The notes beneath the pieces are model-generated. The model was not told where the DNA came from. It made no database searches and saw only the letters and a program-made list of their open reading frames with translations. 64,000 nt of DNA from positions 32,001-96,000 of the IMG/VR virus record IMGVR_UViG_3300022872_000001. One strand, given 5' to 3'. Shown here piece after piece: positions 8,986 through 17,282 of this stretch. The stretch is from a virus. The position numbers were made by a program, and so were the translations under genes. How positions within the stretch are numbered: position 1 is the first letter of the stretch; each line of letters begins with the position of its first letter.

Positions 8986-9708
8986 TTAATTACGCGTTTT
9001 GGCCTTAGGCGCTCCGAGTTTTTGCAGTGTGGAAGTAACGATAGTTTGAACACGCGGACTATTCGTCAGTTTTGCCTTCATGTAGTTCAATTCAGAACGG
9101 GTGTAGGAAGCTTTGTGGTTACGAACAGCGTTGGCAGCTTCAGCGTCACCCAACAAAGCGGTACGTTCGATCCACATATCAAACTGATCCGTAATACCCT
9201 TCGGTAAATCCCCGCCGCCGTCACCTTCAGTAGTCATGGTAACCAGACTGACAGGAATTTCCTGCTTCTCATCGCTATCGTCAGTATCACCAACCCCACC
9301 AACCACCTTAACGTCGGCAGTGATAGCACGCGAACCTGCCGCTTCATCAACATGGCGTTCTTCGGCTTCCAAACGGTCACGTTCGATCTGAGCATCATCT
9401 TGGGAAAGAATGCGTTCGGCATCTCGAACCGAAATGATGACAATCAGTTTCTTTTGAACCAATGCGCGGAATTCCGAAGATGCTAGCAACTGCTGGCGAG
9501 TTACTACGTCGGTGATATTTTGCGGCAACCACGTTTGGCGAATGCGCAAAGGATCTTTGTCCGCACCGTTACGTTTTGGAATGGAGAGATAGATATCGCC
9601 GTTCGCCTTAACAGCCGATTCGGTAGAACTATTCAAAACATAAATCGGCTTCGGAGAATTGCGTCCTTCTTTTTCCAATTCGGAAATGGTCATGAGTTGT
9701 GCAGCCAT
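8986..9708 (-). CDS. hypothetical protein (start re-called to MAAQLMT)
   Basis: AAGGAACAAATA-ATG at 9708. Confidence 0.8.
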   Translation of the reverse strand: MAAQLMTISELEKEGRNSPKPIYVLNSSTESAVKANGDIYLSIPKRNGADKDPLRIRQTWLPQNITDVVTRQQLLASSEFRALVQKKLIVIISVRDAERILSQDDAQIERDRLEAEERHVDEAAGSRAITADVKVVGGVGDTDDSDEKQEIPVSLVTMTTEGDGGGDLPKGITDQFDMWIERTALLGDAEAANAVRNHKASYTRSELNYMKAKLTNSPRVQTIVTSTLQKLGAPKAKTRN

Positions 9709-9736
9709 TATTTGTTCCTTGTAGTTAAGATTTAAA

Positions 9737-10201
9737 TTAGTGCAACTCACGGCGAACCGCTTCGAGCAATTCGCTTTTTAGAGAAGCCACCGTCTCTTCA
9801 TTTGGAACATGTTCACCCACAAGAGTGGCGAGTGACTGTATGGTTAGGTTTGTATCGGTACGGTACTTACAGTAACCGGTTGATCTATGTTTCCAGAAAC
9901 AAGTGCCTTTCGGCAGTGGACATTGCGCGGTGATCAATTGTTTATTGATGACACCGCAGAATGTTCCCTGCACGTCCGCATTAGATAGCAGTAGGGCATC
10001 TGTTCTCTGTAGATCGATTATTGGGATTACACGAGGAAGGCGTGTATCTTTTTTCTTTTTTGTTTCTACAGGTTGTTTGATCTTTTCGATTCTAACAACC
10101 GTCGGGTTTATCACTTTATTTACTGCAACTGGTTTAAGTGCAACTGGTTTAAGTGCAACTGGTTTAAGTGCAACTGGCGTTTTATGCTTTTTCGGTAACA
10201 C
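9737..10201 (-). CDS. hypothetical protein with PVALK repeats and a Cys-rich C-terminus
   Basis: GGAGG-GTG start; CPLPKGTCFWKHRSTGYCKY. Confidence 0.75.
   Translation of the reverse strand: MLPKKHKTPVALKPVALKPVALKPVAVNKVINPTVVRIEKIKQPVETKKKKDTRLPRVIPIIDLQRTDALLLSNADVQGTFCGVINKQLITAQCPLPKGTCFWKHRSTGYCKYRTDTNLTIQSLATLVGEHVPNEETVASLKSELLEAVRRELH
10124..10177. repeat. 15-bp tandem repeat x3.6
   Basis: TGCAACTGGTTTAAG x3 + TGCAACTGG, encoding PVALK on the minus strand. Confidence 0.95.
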
Positions 10202-11213
10202 GGTGTCCTCCCAGTAACTGTTCCCTCAAAACCTTGGCTCGATCCACAATGCGGGATTCTATGTTCTGCACCGATAACCATTTGTTGAAATGTTCCTCCG
10301 TCCGTATAACCAATTCCTCACCTGAGGTTAAATCTTCCGTAAGGATGGTTTGCAACTCGGCCTTAGTCTTAAAACCTTTAACGCTAACTATATTAGGCAT
10401 TTGGCATTCGGGCGACTCCGGATCAATATCTGAACCTTCCTCGATAATCAGCTTCACCAAATGCTTCGTATCGGTTGGTAGTTTCTTTAAATCCTTTTTT
10501 GCATGCACAATGCAGGTATACAACTTGTACTTAGGATCAAAAGGTATCGAATCGATCGAGTAGTCATCTCGATCCTTGAAGTTAATGTGGTGAAAGAATT
10601 TAGGAAGGGATTCACCGAAGTAGGTTTGATACAGAGTTCCTGAATAATAGGAATTACGGATTCTGTGGTTGGTATGCAGGTGACCGACTGCCACAACCGC
10701 CTTGGAATTGGAATGTTCCTCGTTATCGAAAACTCGTCCAGAATCCATTTTAGATCCTTGGACTTCTACGTGAGCAATATTCAAAAGCTTTTTTGAGAAA
10801 TCCTGGGAAGGCCAGGGATGAAAATGAATCTTGGTTCCATCGATCTTGATTACCTCAGGTTCGGTAATTATGTGAACGTGTGGAAAAGGATAACGCTGGA
10901 TGATCTCCAACGAATGACCTTGGCTAGAATCCTCGGCAAACTTATCGTGGTTACCTAGAATGATCCAGAATTTAAATCTCTTATTCCTATCTAGGAACTC
11001 TAGTAAGGCTAATTGCGCGTCGTAACTCATCCGAGGATTTTCGCATATATCTCCTTTGAAGAAGACATTGGAAATGCCATTCTTCTTAGCGTAACTAAGA
11101 ACCCTTTGGCACTCTGACATAACATACAAGTCAGGTTCCTCTATGTAGTTCGAAAGTCCTCCCTTACCTGAATCATCTGTGAGATGAAGATCTCCTATGC
11201 TAACTGCGTGCAT
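10182..11213 (-). CDS. SbcD/Mre11-like metallophosphoesterase exonuclease subunit
   Basis: IGDLH, FKGDICE, ILGNHD, AHVEV, VGHLH calcineurin-like motifs. Confidence 0.9.
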   Translation of the reverse strand: MHAVSIGDLHLTDDSGKGGLSNYIEEPDLYVMSECQRVLSYAKKNGISNVFFKGDICENPRMSYDAQLALLEFLDRNKRFKFWIILGNHDKFAEDSSQGHSLEIIQRYPFPHVHIITEPEVIKIDGTKIHFHPWPSQDFSKKLLNIAHVEVQGSKMDSGRVFDNEEHSNSKAVVAVGHLHTNHRIRNSYYSGTLYQTYFGESLPKFFHHINFKDRDDYSIDSIPFDPKYKLYTCIVHAKKDLKKLPTDTKHLVKLIIEEGSDIDPESPECQMPNIVSVKGFKTKAELQTILTEDLTSGEELVIRTEEHFNKWLSVQNIESRIVDRAKVLREQLLGGHRVTEKA

Positions 11214-11364
11214 TTATAATCCTTAAGAAGCCTAATTGGTATTTAATCATTCATACTTTATTTACTAGCTAAGGATTTATAGGTACCTAGGATAGCGAAG
11301 GATTTTTGAAGACTTGAGTGCCTGTCTCAATGGTTGGAGTTAGATTCCTTTCCTTCCGACAGAC

Positions 11365-11403
11365 ATGGAATCCTAATATGGAATCCTAATATGGAATCCT
11401 AAT
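11365..11403. repeat. 13-bp perfect tandem repeat x3 (iteron-like)
   Basis: ATGGAATCCTAAT x3 in a 620-bp divergent intergenic region. Confidence 0.95.
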
Positions 11404-11860
11404 TCAAATATCAATCCTACTGATTTTATATTTATAAAAGATTGGTTCAGCTCGAAGTGGAACGGAGAGATGTGGATCGTAAAATAGAGAGTGAGCGGAG
11501 CGATACTCTCTTTAGGAAGTTTAGGCAAACAGGCAACCCCAACCTAGGTAGCTGGTCGAGTTTATTTATCCTTAAGGAGTTTGGTTAATCCTAATCCATG
11601 GGATTGGAACCGTACTTAGTTAATACCATCTTCCGCTTCGCTACAGATGGTTAAAAGGACTCCGTCCTACCTAATAATTTTGAAAATCATGATAATTGAA
11701 AAGCTAATAATCCCTTTAAAAACCTAATCAAAACTGCGTTTTTAGGGAAATGTAATACGTCAACGCAGTTATCTATTATATGGACACTTATTACATAAAT
11801 TCATTCAAGTAAATAACGTACATAAATTCGATTTGCATGTATCTCTTCAGGAAGAAAATC

Positions 11861-14005
11861 ATGGAAGAAAAAGACCCTCACCGTAAACATCGCTCATATA
11901 TCAAACTTGTTGATTCTTTCCCTGGTATGGGAAAGACCGATGGTGCCATTATTACTATGAAAGAATGTGTAGAATCAAAGAAAGGTATTATTCTCTATGC
12001 AGGTCCAACTTGCAAACTTCTTAAGGAAGTTGAGAAGCGTTTATGTTCTGCGTTAGGTATAGATAAACATCCTTCGGTCATTCCCATTCATAGTAGTGCT
12101 ATGTACGGTTCCGGAGATCCTATGCATGAACGTGTGATTCATCTTATAGATGGCACTATAAAGGCTCGTTCACATTTGAAACTCGTGGAAGAAGGTTCTG
12201 TGGTTCTTATTACGCATAAGACATTTATGCAGTTACCTCGCTACCTAAAGAATAAAGAAAAAGTTACCGTTATTTTTGATGAAGCTTACAAGTGCGTTTT
12301 CGATCCAGTTGAGGTCAAACTTAAGGGTAAGGAAGTAAAAATCTTCGAAAGACATTTAGGAATACCTCGTGGTAATTCCAATGACTATTTGAAACTCGAA
12401 AAGATCTCGTCCTTGAATAAGATTCGAAAAGATTTGGCGCACCTTGAAACAAAAAAATCAGGTAAGCAGTTATTTGAGATTTTAGATTCGATACGTAAGG
12501 AGTCTTCGGAAGTGTATGTAAAAATTACAGGAGAATCCTCATCTCGTTTTGAATTTCAGGAAGTAAAAATTCCATCGACTATGTTTGATGGATGGGATTG
12601 CGTTTATTTGATGAGTGCATTTTTGAAGACCACTCAGCTTTGGGCATTACTAACACGTGGATATTTCAAGCTTGATGGGATTGTGTATAAACAAAAGATG
12701 GATAATTACGGCGATTGGGAAGTGCAGGAAAGTCGAAAGAAGCTCACACTTGATTCTCGAATGCTTTATGTGATTATGAATGACGTTACTGCTGACTTCA
12801 TTCCAAATTATGAGAAACGTCTGGAACAATTTCGTAAACGTTATGAGTCGGCAACGATCCTTGCGCTTACGGAAGGAACTATGCTATCTCGTAATCAATT
12901 GAATTCTGTACTAGTACCACAAGATACTTACGATGAGAAACAAGAAGAACTGCGTACCTTGATCAATAGTATGCGCGATAAGAAAGGTAGAGTTCTTGAT
13001 GGCAAACATCTACTACGTTTAACCCGTTCTGAATTATTCGAGTTTGCTTTCGCACCCGATAATCATCATACTATAACCAAACCAGTCCACAAAATTCTTG
13101 AGTGGTTTAACTCCTTGGATATAATCGCTCGTGATCCCTATAAATGGTACCTGAAGCATGCTGTCAATATGGCTATGCGTTGGATGGAGAAGCGCAAGTG
13201 TTTACATCTAAAACAGAAAATACCAATAGGTAAACGCTTTCATATCAATCTTGTTCCACAGAAGCCTCTTGTATTATTGAATGTGGCGGAACAAGATCGT
13301 GCAATGGCTAATAGTAAAATCATGGATCAGATTCAACTTCTACCATTTGAATGTGCAGGTATAAATGAGTTTCGAGATCATCGCGTAACCATCTTCTTGG
13401 CTGCGCTGAATGCCAGACCTTCACACCAGAATTTCTATTCCAGTATCTTACCTTGGTATAATCCGAAGCAAGACTATGCAGTAGCTTCTGCGGTGCAGGC
13501 AGTAACTCGTGGTATCTTACGCAATCATAAATCAAAGAAATCTGCATTGATTATTGTATCGGATATTGAAATGGCAATGATGTTGAAAGACCGTCTATTG
13601 GGTGCACCAACAATTGTCAAAGGTGCAGATTATGATATTCCTAATGTACGTGCTTTGGAATTTTCAGTACGCTCAATAAATGCTATTGATCGTCAAAAAT
13701 TCATTACTATCGATCCTATTAAGAAAGCGCAAAGAGCTAAGACTCAAACCAAGACAGGTAAGAAACGCTATGCCATATCTGAAGCCGACGTGCGTAAGAA
13801 TAGTCCGTACTTCGGCGAGATGAATAAAAATAATGTGCGTATGACGCGTATGAAAAAAGCTGCGGAAGTATCCATTCATACACAAGATGACAAAGCCGAA
13901 GTAATTGCACTTGAAAAACTAGTTAAATCTCTACGTCAACAACATTCCGACTGGGCTAAGCAGTATCGTAAAGAATTAAAAGCCAAACAATTCAACAGTA
14001 AATAA
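11861..14005 (+). CDS. SF2-like helicase / possible origin-binding protein
   Basis: Walker A DSFPGMGKT, Walker B VIFDEA, C-terminal QAVTRGILR motif VI-like; start re-called to MEEKDP. Confidence 0.7.
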   Translation: MEEKDPHRKHRSYIKLVDSFPGMGKTDGAIITMKECVESKKGIILYAGPTCKLLKEVEKRLCSALGIDKHPSVIPIHSSAMYGSGDPMHERVIHLIDGTIKARSHLKLVEEGSVVLITHKTFMQLPRYLKNKEKVTVIFDEAYKCVFDPVEVKLKGKEVKIFERHLGIPRGNSNDYLKLEKISSLNKIRKDLAHLETKKSGKQLFEILDSIRKESSEVYVKITGESSSRFEFQEVKIPSTMFDGWDCVYLMSAFLKTTQLWALLTRGYFKLDGIVYKQKMDNYGDWEVQESRKKLTLDSRMLYVIMNDVTADFIPNYEKRLEQFRKRYESATILALTEGTMLSRNQLNSVLVPQDTYDEKQEELRTLINSMRDKKGRVLDGKHLLRLTRSELFEFAFAPDNHHTITKPVHKILEWFNSLDIIARDPYKWYLKHAVNMAMRWMEKRKCLHLKQKIPIGKRFHINLVPQKPLVLLNVAEQDRAMANSKIMDQIQLLPFECAGINEFRDHRVTIFLAALNARPSHQNFYSSILPWYNPKQDYAVASAVQAVTRGILRNHKSKKSALIIVSDIEMAMMLKDRLLGAPTIVKGADYDIPNVRALEFSVRSINAIDRQKFITIDPIKKAQRAKTQTKTGKKRYAISEADVRKNSPYFGEMNKNNVRMTRMKKAAEVSIHTQDDKAEVIALEKLVKSLRQQHSDWAKQYRKELKAKQFNSK

Positions 14006-14029
14006 AAGATAGCAAACAAAGGAATTAAA

Positions 14030-14260
14030 ATGACTCAAACCAACAAAGATTATCTCGCATCCAAAGCTCCGGAATGGAATTATCCTCCCTTGGATCCTCC
14101 TGCACCTAAGGGTACCAAACTGAATTTGCTCACTATAGGAGGTGTTGCGGTTCTCGGTAACTGGCAGGACGACCAAGGTTACGTTGCATGGGCTCCCTTG
14201 ATCAAACGGAATCCTATCAAGGAACAACTGCTAAAGGACATGCAGAATGCAAATGCATGA
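14030..14260 (+). CDS. hypothetical protein, 76 aa
   Basis: AAAGGAA SD; AGTAAATA at 13997. Confidence 0.75.
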   Translation: MTQTNKDYLASKAPEWNYPPLDPPAPKGTKLNLLTIGGVAVLGNWQDDQGYVAWAPLIKRNPIKEQLLKDMQNANA

Positions 14261-14621
14261 TACAGAGATCCAACGTGTGCGCGATTTGCCATTCAATACC
14301 AAGCACGATGATATGGTATTTGTTATTCTGGTTCATGCTTTGATTCGTAATAGCCAAATTATTTTGGTAAAGTTGAAGGGCGTTGAACGGGAAGAATTGG
14401 CTATCAAGGTAGGTAGTGAATTCTATAACCACTATACGTTGCACGGCGCAGAATACCTACCGCAGTTGAGGTACGGGAAGAGCAAGTCATATGGTCATTT
14501 AGTGGAGGCTTCACGCGTGATAGAGGTTGAATGGTTACAATCGCGTCTCGACTTCTTCGGTGCGCAGCAGGTGATCAAACTCTTCCATCAATTGAAGGAT
14601 GAAAAGGAGACAGCGTGCTAA
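14247..14621 (+). CDS. hypothetical protein, 124 aa
   Basis: ORF in an operon-like run. Confidence 0.7.
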   Translation: MQMHDTEIQRVRDLPFNTKHDDMVFVILVHALIRNSQIILVKLKGVEREELAIKVGSEFYNHYTLHGAEYLPQLRYGKSKSYGHLVEASRVIEVEWLQSRLDFFGAQQVIKLFHQLKDEKETAC

Positions 14622-15061
14622 GCATGATAACCCCTATATTCTTTATAGAACCTCCGAGCATAGAGAATTCTTTTGACAAGCTACGCCGAGATGTTTCGGA
14701 ACGTGGAAGAGATATCTTTAATAAAGAATTCATAATCCACAATTTTGAACAGTGTCTTAATGAGATTGTGAGCGATCTTATCTTTTTCCAAACAAAAGAT
14801 ACAAGACATTATGAACTCCTGGTTGCTTCAAAAATTCAGGAGCTGATTAAGTATTATGTGTACCATGAAATAATCCTTAAGGGATTCCTTGAGGTTCCCG
14901 TTGTACCTGCTGACATAACCATTGGTACAGTTAAAAGGGATTGGGATTCTGGCAATTTAGTTGTCCCTGTCGTCGCCTCCGGTACGGTAGATACTAATCA
15001 TACCACAGGTTCACCTAAGTCCAAGAAACGCAAAGCCGGAATGAAAACGTCAAAAGAATAA
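14615..15061 (+). CDS. hypothetical protein, 148 aa
   Basis: AAGGAG-GTG start. Confidence 0.7.
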   Translation: MLSMITPIFFIEPPSIENSFDKLRRDVSERGRDIFNKEFIIHNFEQCLNEIVSDLIFFQTKDTRHYELLVASKIQELIKYYVYHEIILKGFLEVPVVPADITIGTVKRDWDSGNLVVPVVASGTVDTNHTTGSPKSKKRKAGMKTSKE

Positions 15062-15113
15062 GTAGCTAGTAAATACGGCATGTAAGATACATTCAACTGA
15101 AAAGGGAAATACT

Positions 15114-15563
15114 ATGACAACAGGAAGCATGCAGGAACTGCCAGAGAATGAGTTGCAGGATTTAGGAACAAACTTAATTGATGCTTTATTAGGCAAAGCA
15201 TCCCGTGAATCTCTTGATGTCATGGCTGAACTTCAGGAATCAATCATAGACGCCATCGATTCCCTTTCTACCTCTCTTGGCATTAGCTATGAAGACTCAG
15301 ATGACGAGGACGACGAAGAAGATGACACGGAAGATGGTGAAGACGGTGCTGGTACGGATATCGATGCTCTTGAAACCGAAGAGGAAGTGGAAGTTACCAC
15401 TACCGAAGATGTCGATCATCTGACAAGTAATCAATTGCGCAAGCTGTCTATTAGCATCGCAAATGAATTATTCGTCCGTGCTTCGCAGGCGGATGCAGAT
15501 GATTGTGATGAAGAGGACGAAACCGAGGATTCGGAAGCTGATGAAGAGGATTCGCATTTCTAA
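15114..15563 (+). CDS. highly acidic hypothetical protein
   Basis: D/E-rich; AGTAAATA at 15068. Confidence 0.8.
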   Translation: MTTGSMQELPENELQDLGTNLIDALLGKASRESLDVMAELQESIIDAIDSLSTSLGISYEDSDDEDDEEDDTEDGEDGAGTDIDALETEEEVEVTTTEDVDHLTSNQLRKLSISIANELFVRASQADADDCDEEDETEDSEADEEDSHF

Positions 15564-15584
15564 TTTGTTGCAGTAAATAAACAG

Positions 15585-16120
15585 TGAACAACACGAATGG
15601 AGGATCTTATGTTTTCCGGCATTCGTGCGATGTTGCAAGATTGGTACTACGTAATCTGTAATACAGATTACCAAGTCTTCCTTTATAAGGTTGGGTGTGG
15701 GAACCTAGTTGCTGCAACCTACGGCAGGTCAGCAACATACACTATTAGCCGACGCGCTAGCCACAGATTTTGGTATCTGTAAGGCTAGCGTGATCGTTAT
15801 ATAGAGCAGTACCCACACCGCACATCCTGCGACACGCGCACAGCCACAACTTTACAATTCAAGCATCAAACTAAAAGGCTCGTGCCTATTAGGACGTCCT
15901 AACTCTTACACAGTTATCTTGTTGATCGAAAGCTTCAAGGTTTCTATGTAAGACGGAATGTCCATTTATGCGTAGCGTGAGAGAACGCCGCCGGAAGCAT
16001 AATGCAGACAACTAGTAGTTGATATCGAGCGTAGTTATTTGGGTCGCTCCCGCTACATCCCGGTTTCATCCTATGCGTCGATTCACTGCTTCCGAAGCCG
16101 TTTTTAAATAGATTCAAATG
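15585..16120 (+). ncRNA. large structured non-coding RNA candidate of unrecognised class
   Basis: Own AGTAAATA (15572) and terminator (16121); at least 8 stems, a predicted pseudoknot (15694-15701 with 15812-15819) and a long-range helix (15609-15620 with 15990-16000). Confidence 0.65.
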
Positions 16121-16156
16121 AAGGGCGATTCAGAAATGGGTCGCCCTTTTCCTTTT
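16121..16156 (+). terminator. intrinsic terminator
   Basis: AAGGGCGATT-N8-GGTCGCCCTT followed by TTCCTTTT. Confidence 0.8.
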
Positions 16157-16221
16157 GTTCAGTAGTAAATAAAGTGTGCATCATTTAAATCTAAGCTAAC
16201 TAATTCTCGAAAGGTACTATC

Positions 16222-16704
16222 ATGGCAACTAAGAAATCTGCAACTAAGGCTCTATCCGCAACACGCACTACCTACGCTGTTGATCTGAAGAGTAAGAAAA
16301 CAGTACCTGCAAAAACATTCGTCACTGGCCGCCTGGAACAACCGAAGCAAGCCTCCCAAGAACCTTTACCTGAACCAGAAACGGCAGTAGACGCTGGTAC
16401 TTTGCTTGGTACCTATATTCCTCCAGGTGACGGGGACTCGTCTACTGTATCTACCCGTTCGGTAATTCTCTCCCGCATTTGCGGCATGGAACAGACGATT
16501 TTACACAATCGTGGGTTACTCGGTGACCTTATCGCTACCCTCAGTCCTATTCTGGGGGAAGACGCCGTGGTACCTCCTGCGCCTACTTCATGCTTTGAGG
16601 CAAATGTTCACTCTCATCTGCGTCTTCGTATTGAGAATATCATCGATACTCTGGAAGATCAAACACGCGTTATTGTTTCCCTAATTACGGCTGTGGAGTT
16701 GTAA
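16222..16704 (+). CDS. hypothetical protein, 160 aa
   Basis: AAAGG SD; AGTAAATA at 16164. Confidence 0.75.
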   Translation: MATKKSATKALSATRTTYAVDLKSKKTVPAKTFVTGRLEQPKQASQEPLPEPETAVDAGTLLGTYIPPGDGDSSTVSTRSVILSRICGMEQTILHNRGLLGDLIATLSPILGEDAVVPPAPTSCFEANVHSHLRLRIENIIDTLEDQTRVIVSLITAVEL

Positions 16705-16961
16705 TGCGTTGCGATGAAGTGGCTGAGTCCCTCATCGCACTGGCAAACCCTATTGAGGGTTTCCTTGTGACCAGGGATCAAATCGAAAGGCTTCTTGGGA
16801 CTGAACTACACTATGTCCTACAGATCAGTATCAATCAGTCTCTTGATCGCCTTGGTTACATCCTAATTTCTCTTGAGAATATATTCTCCGTCGTTTCCAA
16901 GCAGCACCTCAAGGAAATGCCGTGCGTCACAGACGAATCAATAACCCATCTCCTTTCTTAG
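16704..16961 (+). CDS. hypothetical protein, 85 aa
   Basis: TAATG coupling. Confidence 0.7.
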   Translation: MRCDEVAESLIALANPIEGFLVTRDQIERLLGTELHYVLQISINQSLDRLGYILISLENIFSVVSKQHLKEMPCVTDESITHLLS

Positions 16962-16971
16962 AAAGAAAATT

Positions 16972-17265
16972 ATGGCACTTCCTAAAAGTCTCAAACACCA
17001 TGCGCGGGCGGAATCCGTTCCAAAACTCTCCATTCTCCAGTTACGTTTGGAAGAGCATGATACGGCAATCAGTACGCTACACGATACAGCTAAGCTTCTT
17101 TCGAGTAGGCTTGATCCTGTTATGGAAGCGCCTTCCCCGACCGAGAAAGAATCACTAGACTCGGTATCTCATTCTCTCCTGACCGATACCATTGCCAACA
17201 ACACCAGGTCCCTGGCGTCCCTCAATTCTGTTCTCGAGGATATAATTTCCCGCCTGGTGCTGTAA
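16972..17265 (+). CDS. hypothetical protein, probable paralog of the 16222 C-terminal half
   Basis: Shared pattern LxxxLxP[IV][LM]...S.L...I...LxL. Confidence 0.7.
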   Translation: MALPKSLKHHARAESVPKLSILQLRLEEHDTAISTLHDTAKLLSSRLDPVMEAPSPTEKESLDSVSHSLLTDTIANNTRSLASLNSVLEDIISRLVL

Positions 17266-17282
17266 GTATTTTTAGGAATCGT

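Noticed and set aside
11365-11403. CRISPR-like array
   Set aside because: The 13-bp units are directly adjacent with no spacers; no cas genes
15597-15782. 61-aa ORF inside the structured region
   Set aside because: No convincing SD or family; its sequence is largely accounted for by perfect stems, so ncRNA is preferred, though not excluded
15585-16120. tmRNA, RNase P or group I identity for the structured RNA
   Set aside because: No GGGG...CCA tRNA-like ends or tag frame; the 3' CCCGGTTT has no AAGUCCGGG P4 partner; no GACUA/UAGUC P7 pair
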